Position numbers and translations under genes: made by a program
Notes under the pieces: model-generated
What the model saw: the letters and a program-made list of their open reading frames with translations, nothing else
Databases searched by the model: none
Told to the model about the DNA's origin: nothing
Source of the DNA: Bacteroidota bacterium
GTDB lineage: Bacteria; Bacteroidota; Bacteroidia; Bacteroidales; VadinHA17
Direction: 5' to 3'
DNA: 64,000 bases
Assembly: GCA_011049175.1 (NCBI GenBank)
Contig: DSCJ01000100.1
Location: forward strand, 673 to 64,672
Part shown: in pieces, positions 1 to 5,837 of the stretch
How the letters are laid out: each line of letters opens with the position of its first letter
Numbering within the stretch: position 1 is the first letter of the stretch

Positions 1-580
1 CGGGAGGAATGGTGGCTGAAAAGAAAAGCGATTGCCTGTTTACAGGCAGGTATTCAACAATCCTGCGGATATCATGAATGAATCCCATGTCGAGCATACG
101 GTCGGCTTCATCCAGCACAAATATCTCGATATGTTTCAGGTCAACCCAGCCCTGGTTCACCAGGTCAAGCAGCCGGCCGGGAGTGGCGACCATTATGTCC
201 ATACCCCGCCTGAGAAGGTCGGTCTGGGGACGCTGTGATACACCCCCGTATATCATGATGTTTTTCAGACCCGTGTACCTGCCATAGGTGCTGAAACTTT
301 CCCCTATCTGACCGGCCAGTTCACGGGTGGGAGTCAGAACAAGCGCCCGTACCTTCCGTTTCCCCGGGAAGGGTTTTTGTGCCAGACGCTGCAGAACAGG
401 AATGGCAAAAGCAGCCGTTTTCCCTGTACCCGTCTGGGCACAGCCAACCAGATCCCTGCCTTCGAGTATCGCAGGGATGGCCTGCTCCTGTATGGGAGTA
501 GACCTGAGGTATCCTTCTTCGGTTACCGCCCTGACGATGGGTTGTATGATGTTCAATTGATCAAATGTCCTTGTATTCAT
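1..580 (-). CDS. DEAD-box ATP-dependent RNA helicase, N-terminal ~193 aa (gene continues past window start)
   Basis: Not in the ORF track because it is open at the window edge. My minus-strand translation from ATG (580..578) reads [109 protein letters not shown]. It shows the Q motif, Walker [19 protein letters not shown] and SAT motifs in canonical order. Confidence 0.9.
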   Translation of the reverse strand, partial: MNTRTFDQLNIIQPIVRAVTEEGYLRSTPIQEQAIPAILEGRDLVGCAQTGTGKTAAFAIPVLQRLAQKPFPGKRKVRALVLTPTRELAGQIGESFSTYGRYTGLKNIMIYGGVSQRPQTDLLRRGMDIMVATPGRLLDLVNQGWVDLKHIEIFVLDEADRMLDMGFIHDIRRIVEYLPVNRQSLFFSATIPP

Positions 581-763
581 TATTTTATTATTAGTATTTG
601 TAAGAAAAATTAATACGGTGATTCCTCCGGGATCATGGCGGCTGATGGTAACAGGAGATGCGGTTTTTCCTTTCGGGCATACCCCATCCGCTGTGTGCCG
701 CTTTCAGAACCGGATCAGAAATTAAAACAAACCATAAGTATGGGAAGGAAGCCGGTACGAGAG

Positions 764-794
764 AAAAAAAAGAGCTTCACTTTTGTGAAGCTCT
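764..794 (-). terminator. Rho-independent terminator after the cold-shock gene
   Basis: The minus strand reads AGAGCTTCAC-AAAA-GTGAAGCTCT, a 10-bp perfect stem at 771..794. A T-run follows (complement of the A-run 764..770). The hairpin starts about 26 nt after the csp stop. Confidence 0.8.
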
Positions 795-820
795 GCCTGT
801 TGTCATTCCGCAAAATATGT

Positions 821-1012
821 CTAAGCCAATTTTACGTTCACAGCATTCAAACCCTTTCGACCTTCCTGAAGGTCGTAGGTTACATCGTCATCCTCGCGGA
901 TTTCGTCAACCAGGCCGGAAACATGTACAAAATACTCCTCGCCTGATTCATTGTCCTTAATGAACCCGTAACCTTTCGAGTCATTGAAAAATTTTACTTT
1001 ACCAGTGTTCAT
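821..1012 (-). CDS. Cold-shock protein (CspA family, CSD fold)
   Basis: 63 aa, MNTGKVKFFNDSKGYGFIKDNESGEEYFVHVSGL. The RNP1-like KGYGFI and RNP2-like FVHVS motifs are typical of bacterial cold-shock domains. Confidence 0.95.
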   Translation of the reverse strand: MNTGKVKFFNDSKGYGFIKDNESGEEYFVHVSGLVDEIREDDDVTYDLQEGRKGLNAVNVKLA

Positions 1013-1044
1013 GATTTAATAAATTGTTTGATTTAATGATGCCG

Positions 1045-1052
1045 CAAAGGTA
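1045..1052 (-). promoter_or_regulatory. Candidate Bacteroidota -7 box (TACCTTTG) for csp
   Basis: The minus strand reads TACCTTTG, matching TAnnTTTG, 33 nt upstream of the csp ATG. A T-run (complement of 1069..1073) lies 16 nt further upstream as a weak -33 element. Confidence 0.4.
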
Positions 1053-1134
1053 ATGTATTTATTAACATAAAAACGTTTTGTTATGATTATTTTATTTTTC
1101 TCTTTCTCAGTGAATGTCGTACCTTTACAGTGAA

Positions 1135-1656
1135 ATGAAGATCATGAGCTTTATATGGCCCGTTCTGATCTGCCTCAGCGCATGCGGGCCCAGGGAGCCC
1201 GGGACCGTTCATTATCCCAGTCACCGGTACGAATACACCGATACCGATCCTAATAGCCTGAAATACAGGGCAGATGTTTACATTCCGGTTTATTCCGATA
1301 TATATTATCTTGACGGCACACGCCGTTTTCCGCTCACGGCAACCCTGAGCCTGCGGAATGCCAGTCTTACGGATACCCTGTTTGTTTTCGAAATAGATTA
1401 TTTCGATTCGGCCGGCAACCTGCTGCGCAACTATATCGACAGCACTCTGATGCTCCATCCCATGGAATCGGTGGAATTCGTTGTGGAAGAAAAAGAACGC
1501 ACCGGAGGTTCCGGAGCCAATTTCCTGGTGCGGTGGGGCGCCATGAAGAAAACCGTCCCGCCGGTTATTCAGGCCGTGATGATCGGAACCGAAGGACAGC
1601 AGGGATTGTCATTTACCACAGATGGGATCGTGATCGGAGAGAAGAGTTATGAATGA
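1135..1656 (+). CDS. Lipoprotein, DUF3124-like
   Basis: The ORF is 1114..1656. I prefer the start at MKIMSFIWPVLICLSAC, which gives a signal peptide plus lipobox Cys. The body (VYIPVYSDIY..TLSLRN..GGSGANFLVRW..VMIG) resembles the DUF3124 family as I remember it. Confidence 0.6.
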   Translation: MKIMSFIWPVLICLSACGPREPGTVHYPSHRYEYTDTDPNSLKYRADVYIPVYSDIYYLDGTRRFPLTATLSLRNASLTDTLFVFEIDYFDSAGNLLRNYIDSTLMLHPMESVEFVVEEKERTGGSGANFLVRWGAMKKTVPPVIQAVMIGTEGQQGLSFTTDGIVIGEKSYE

Positions 1657-1763
1657 GCGGGAATTCCCATTATACCACTACCCGGATGGGTTGCCTGTGT
1701 GCAGACCGGTGAGACGGGAAGCCGGAGTGACGAGTTGTTTTATTTTTTTTTGAAGGAATATAG

Positions 1764-1795
1764 CTACGTAGTTATCTACGTAGTTATCTACGTAT
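1764..1795. repeat. Tandem array of palindrome CTACGTAG at 12-bp period (2 perfect copies plus 1 copy matching 7/8)
   Basis: CTACGTAG at 1764..1771 and 1776..1783, CTACGTAT at 1788..1795, with TTAT spacers. It lies in the 185-bp gap between convergent genes. The same 8-mer at the same phase recurs at 46269..46316. Confidence 0.9.
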
Positions 1796-1841
1796 ATAAC
1801 TATGCAGAACGGTTCATCCGCCTTCAGGGTTTGCAGAAAGT

Positions 1842-2057
1842 TTACAAATCTTTCTTCTTTTCCCGGAATGTTTTTATTCCGAAAGGCACATACAGGGGGC
1901 AAAAGCTGAAAAGGCCCGTAAGAAGGAACACGGCAGCCAGGATGAGGAGGATGACCCCCAGGGCGCCGGTAATCACTTCGGTAAAATACATTACCACGAT
2001 CAAGGCGGCCAGCAGAATACGTATCAGCCGGTCGAGGGTTCCCATGTTCTTTTTCAT
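1842..2057 (-). CDS. Small membrane protein, DUF2892 (YgaP-like TM domain)
   Basis: MKKNMGTLDRLIRILLAALIVVMYF..GALGVILLILAAVFLLTGLFSFCPLY.PFGI. It has two TM helices and the CP.Y motif typical of DUF2892. The internal Met start is chosen over the 94-aa ORF. Confidence 0.65.
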   Translation of the reverse strand: MKKNMGTLDRLIRILLAALIVVMYFTEVITGALGVILLILAAVFLLTGLFSFCPLYVPFGIKTFREKKKDL

Positions 2058-2155
2058 GTCGGAAATATTTGTGGTTACAATACTGCAATTTAAAGGAAAT
2101 TTTCCACAGATTCCACCCGGGGGCATCCGGTGTATTCAAAAATATTCATCTTTCT

Positions 2156-2186
2156 TTTGGTTTTGCCGAATGTTTTTTATTTTTCA
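2156..2186 (+). promoter_or_regulatory. Candidate promoter for the Cys-rich gene (TTTG-N19-TATTTTTC)
   Basis: TTTG at 2156..2159, a 19-nt spacer, then TATTTTTC at 2179..2186 (7/8 match to TAnnTTTG). It lies 35 nt upstream of the ATG at 2221. Confidence 0.3.
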
Positions 2187-2220
2187 TGTGTCAGAATAAC
2201 AGAAACAAAAAAGATATGCC

Positions 2221-2526
2221 ATGAAGAAACTGTTATTTCTTTTGCCTGTCCTGATTCTGACCGGTTTTGCCGTTGCTCAGATCGAAAGCAAACCGGCATT
2301 GGATGAACCGGAAAAAAAGTGCTGTGATCAGTTCGTGGATGAGAACAACGACAAGGTTTGTGATCTTTTCACAGACCTGAACAAGGATGGAAAATGTGAT
2401 CACTTTACGGAAGAATGCCAGGGCACGTGCACAAACCAGTGTCACGGCGAAGGCGAACACCCGGCTGCCATTCCGTGCAGGGAAGGATCGCATGAGAAGG
2501 CATGCGGAAAGTGTGAGAAAAAATAA
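2221..2526 (+). CDS. Secreted Cys-rich small protein (10 Cys in ~81 mature residues), unknown function
   Basis: Signal peptide MKKLLFLLPVLILTGFAVAQ. It is followed by KKCCDQFVDENNDKVCDLFTDLNKDGKCDHFTEECQGTCTNQCHGEGEH..CREGSHEKACGKCEKK. Two D-x-N-x-D-x-x-C-D loops and several His suggest metal or Ca binding (inference). Confidence 0.6.
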   Translation: MKKLLFLLPVLILTGFAVAQIESKPALDEPEKKCCDQFVDENNDKVCDLFTDLNKDGKCDHFTEECQGTCTNQCHGEGEHPAAIPCREGSHEKACGKCEKK

Positions 2527-2563
2527 TCGTTTGTTTACCAGCGTGAATCATTCATTATTACGG

Positions 2564-2598
2564 GCACTGTCCGCCTGAAGGGTGGGTGGTGCTTTTTT
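2564..2598 (+). terminator. Terminator-like hairpin plus T6 between the Cys-rich gene and the sigma factor
   Basis: GCACTGTCCGCC-TGAAG-GGTGGGTGGTGC pairs over about 12 positions if G-U pairs are allowed, and is followed by TTTTTT (2593..2598). It ends 10 nt before the GTG start of the sigma gene. Confidence 0.45.
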
Positions 2599-2607
2599 AT
2601 TGATAAA

Positions 2608-3174
2608 GTGACCGACCGGGAGATCGTCAGACAGATCAGTCTGGGCAACAAAGAGGCATTCAGGGAATTGTTCCATCGATACGGGGATAAAGTGTATCGT
2701 ACCTGTTGTGGTTTACTGAACAATGAACATGATGCAGAGGATATTACCCAGGATGTGTTTGTTCGGCTTTATGAAAAAGCCGGTAGTTACCGGGGCGATG
2801 CATCAGTTTCTACCTGGATCTACCGGATCACGCTGAACCGTTCGTTCAATTTCCTGCGCCGGAAAAAGTTTCTTGTTCTTTTTACTGATGGGGAGGAAGG
2901 AGGGCCCGACGTGCCGGCGACTGAAACAGATAACGACACCGGGGCATTCTGTGCCGAAGACAGAAAGCACCTCCGAAAGGCCCTGAAATCATTGCCCCGG
3001 CGCCAGCGGACGGCATTCACGCTTTTTTATTATGTAAAACTGAGCAGAAAAGAAATTGCCGAGGTGATGAATACAAGTCTGAAATCCGTGGAATCCCTTT
3101 TACACCGTGCCAGGGAAAACCTCAGAAATAAACTTCAAATCCACTTCCATGAGAGAGCCTCTCATACCCGATAA
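2608..3174 (+). CDS. ECF-type RNA polymerase sigma-70 family factor
   Basis: 188 aa. Region 2 reads DAEDITQDVFVRLYEK..STWIYRITLNRSFNFLR. Region 4 HTH reads LPRRQRTAFTLFYYVKLSRKEIAEVMNTSLKSVESLLHRARENLR. The start codon is GTG. Confidence 0.9.
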   Translation: MTDREIVRQISLGNKEAFRELFHRYGDKVYRTCCGLLNNEHDAEDITQDVFVRLYEKAGSYRGDASVSTWIYRITLNRSFNFLRRKKFLVLFTDGEEGGPDVPATETDNDTGAFCAEDRKHLRKALKSLPRRQRTAFTLFYYVKLSRKEIAEVMNTSLKSVESLLHRARENLRNKLQIHFHERASHTR

Positions 3175-3538
3175 ATTTGACGGCTTCCTTAAGGATCTGG
3201 CAGCAGAGAACCTGCCGGAGATAACCGATCCGGAAAATATTTTCCATGGGATTTCTGCCAGGCTGCAGAAGCGAAACCAGAGAAAAAAAAACGTGCAAAC
3301 AGCGTTTCTGGCAGGGGTTACCGGCCTGTTGCTGATCTTTACCGGTTTCAATCTGCATTCCATGCTCACTTCCGGCAATCGCAACACCGGGGAGCAAACG
3401 CCGGAGGAATATGCCAGGGAATTTTATATCGACCGTATAAACGGCGGGGCCTTTTTTGCCCTGTTCACAGAACCAGGCGATAAGCAGGCTTCTACCAGGG
3501 ACAAGGAAAGTCAGGAACAACATACTGAAATGCCATGA
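3149..3538 (+). CDS. Single-pass membrane protein, putative anti-sigma factor
   Basis: It overlaps the sigma gene 3' end by 26 nt. It has a short cytoplasmic N-terminus and one TM helix (TAFLAGVTGLLLIFTGF), with no zinc-binding HxxxCxxC motif. The call rests on position and topology only. Confidence 0.5.
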   Translation: MREPLIPDKFDGFLKDLAAENLPEITDPENIFHGISARLQKRNQRKKNVQTAFLAGVTGLLLIFTGFNLHSMLTSGNRNTGEQTPEEYAREFYIDRINGGAFFALFTEPGDKQASTRDKESQEQHTEMP

Positions 3539-4032
3539 AAACATCCTACAATAAATATGTTACAGCAATGGTCATCCTTCTGATCGTGAGCAATGTGTTC
3601 ACGCTCTCCCTTCTTCTGAAACAAAAAGACCGTTCTGCCAACGAGAACCATGGTACCTGTTCGCCCCAGGAGTGTTATCTCACCAGGTCGTTGCAACTGG
3701 AAGGGAAAAAACAGGATTCACTGGTCGCGATTACCTCGGCATACAGGCAAGAAGCGGCCCCTTTTGCCGATGAACTGAGAAGACAACAATCGGCCATGCT
3801 CCTGAAAATGGCAGATGGCGCTGCAGGGTCTTCCGAGATCGACAGCATGCAGCAAAACATCCTTTCCCTGCAGGCTCAGCTGCTGAAGCTTTCCATAAAG
3901 CAATATCAGGACATCCGGGCAATACTCGATAAAAATGAAAGAGTCAGGCTAAGCAAGGCATACTTTCTGGTTTTTGGCTGTGACACCGCCTTATGCCGGT
4001 TGAACCACCTGTCCCCTGACATGGACAACTAG
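3535..4032 (+). CDS. Membrane-anchored periplasmic Spy/CpxP/heavy-metal-sensor-like helical protein
   Basis: ATGA overlap with the upstream gene. It has an N-terminal TM helix and then a helical region rich in Q/L/A (ELRRQQSAMLLKM..LSLQAQLLKLSIKQYQDIRAILDKNERVRL). This architecture commonly follows ECF sigma/anti-sigma pairs in Bacteroidota. Confidence 0.5.
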   Translation: MKTSYNKYVTAMVILLIVSNVFTLSLLLKQKDRSANENHGTCSPQECYLTRSLQLEGKKQDSLVAITSAYRQEAAPFADELRRQQSAMLLKMADGAAGSSEIDSMQQNILSLQAQLLKLSIKQYQDIRAILDKNERVRLSKAYFLVFGCDTALCRLNHLSPDMDN

Positions 4033-4049
4033 GCTGTTACTCCAGTACA

Positions 4050-5786
4050 CTACCTTAGGATTTTTCGCACCAGGGAAACTGTGAAATAGGCCATGAGGAA
4101 CATTCCGGCAAATCCTTCCACAGCAGAGATCACACGAATGAATCCCACCGGGAAATGGTCGCCGTACCCTATGGTAAAGAAAGTAATGGCCGAATGATAA
4201 AAAGCTCTGGCGACGGAGGACAGGGTATATCCTGTTGAGGAAATGATGCCGGAGTCTCCGAAGGCTTCCATCAGCCAGTAGGTAATACTGAACAGGACAT
4301 ACCAGGCCAGCATGGATATCAGCACCCTGATGGGGGCTGTGGCATACAATCCGGCTACATCCACCACCAGCCATTTGAACCCGTGCCAGGGATATATCCA
4401 CAGGGCATGCCACCGGCTTTTCTTTAAAGTCCGTTCCAGCCGGTACCTCGCCTCAAACCGTTTAAATTCCACATAGGAACGATCTTCATCGCTGTACTGT
4501 CCGGTGTGATTGAAATTTTCCTTCAGCAGCCTGAACTGTTCGGCTTTCTCACGCAGGGTGGTTCCAGGCTGACCGGAAAGCAACTGCTTCACCCCGTTCT
4601 CTTCCCAGTCGATAAAGATCACGCCCAGAAGGCGCATGCCGGAAAGGTTCAGTGCCCCGATATTCACCGGATGCTCATACGGTTTCATATCGATAATATC
4701 GCGTACCACGGTATCCGAAAGATCCATCACTCCGCATTTTTTCACACGCAGGTCGATATAATGATTCAGGTGGCACGACTTGAGCGACAGGCTGCCGAAA
4801 GCAGAATGCCCAAATGAAACCGGCCCGTTGCCAAAGGAAGTACGGTCAAAAATGGCATCCACCCCGTCAAATTCAGCCATTTCGAAATTAAATTCGCCGT
4901 TCCCCAGTTGTGCCCTTTTGAAACTGAATTTCCCCTCTTTCAGCTCGCTACCTTCGAAAAAGACATCACCGTCGCCAAAAACCGCACGGTTAAAATTCAC
5001 CCTTCCCCGGTGAAACTCGGTTGTACGGAAGTCCACCCGGCTATTTCCGAATTCCGTCCTCTCAAACGATATATCCCCGTCACCGAAGCGGGCAAAGCGG
5101 AAATCAACCTTCCCTCCGGCAATCCTGGCTACCTTAAAGGAAACATTCCCCTCTCTGAACTGGGCGTTGATAAACGACAGTTCCCCCGCGCCAAATTCTG
5201 TATTTGTAAAAACCACATTCCCTTTTCCAAAATCGGCATACTGAAAATCTTTTTTTCCATTGCCTGTCACGGCATTTTTAAAGCTGACTTCCCCTCCCGA
5301 GAACACCGCATTGGAAAAATCAATATCGCCGCAAACAAAATGCGCATAGGAAAAATCGGCGATTCCTTCGAACCGGCTTCCCGCAAACAGGGCTTTTCCT
5401 CTGAAGAAACGGGCATGATGGAAATTGACCTTTTCTCCGGTAAATTTTGCCAGAGAAAAATCGGTTTCCCCCTGAGCCTCGAACCAGGCACTGGCTGCGG
5501 AAAAGTTTTTCAGGATCACAGGAACTTTCCTGTCCATTCCTCGGCTCAGGCGGTAATGAGCCAGGGAAAAATTTCTTACCACGCAATAATCCAGAATGAT
5601 GTCTTTCCCTTCGTCAATCCACCGGAATATTTCTTCGGGCCCGACCGACCCCAGCAGTTCCACTGTTCCGGGTTCATTGCTTTCGTTCAAATGGGTAATG
5701 ATGGCCGTTTGGGGATAGACCAGGCCATGGTCGCGGAATTTGATATTCTTTATTTCCAGCCTGTAACGGGAAGGGTTCATATCCAT
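4050..5786 (-). CDS. Pentapeptide-repeat protein fused to a two-TM K+ channel pore
   Basis: 578 aa. More than 200 residues are consecutive pentads (..ADFSYAHFVCGDIDFSNAVFSGGEVSFKNAV..FRFARFGDGDISFERTEFGNSRVDFRTTEFHRGRVNFNRAVFGDGDVFF..). The C-terminus has M1-P-M2 topology with the selectivity filter TIGYGD, read directly at 4175..4158 (ACC ATA GGG TAC GGC GAC). Confidence 0.85.
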   Translation of the reverse strand: MDMNPSRYRLEIKNIKFRDHGLVYPQTAIITHLNESNEPGTVELLGSVGPEEIFRWIDEGKDIILDYCVVRNFSLAHYRLSRGMDRKVPVILKNFSAASAWFEAQGETDFSLAKFTGEKVNFHHARFFRGKALFAGSRFEGIADFSYAHFVCGDIDFSNAVFSGGEVSFKNAVTGNGKKDFQYADFGKGNVVFTNTEFGAGELSFINAQFREGNVSFKVARIAGGKVDFRFARFGDGDISFERTEFGNSRVDFRTTEFHRGRVNFNRAVFGDGDVFFEGSELKEGKFSFKRAQLGNGEFNFEMAEFDGVDAIFDRTSFGNGPVSFGHSAFGSLSLKSCHLNHYIDLRVKKCGVMDLSDTVVRDIIDMKPYEHPVNIGALNLSGMRLLGVIFIDWEENGVKQLLSGQPGTTLREKAEQFRLLKENFNHTGQYSDEDRSYVEFKRFEARYRLERTLKKSRWHALWIYPWHGFKWLVVDVAGLYATAPIRVLISMLAWYVLFSITYWLMEAFGDSGIISSTGYTLSSVARAFYHSAITFFTIGYGDHFPVGFIRVISAVEGFAGMFLMAYFTVSLVRKILR

Positions 5787-5837
5787 ATTGAAGTGTTTAT
5801 CCAGTGGATCAAATTTAAAAAAAGAATCAACCGGCCG

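Noticed and set aside
1678-2199. ORFs 1699..2199 (+) and 1678..2139 (-) spanning the first CTACGTAG array (YVVIYVVIYV / YVDNYVDNYV).
   Set aside because: They are created by reading through the palindromic repeat and the antisense of the DUF2892 gene. They have no signal or motif. The 94-aa DUF2892 frame explains the coding potential.
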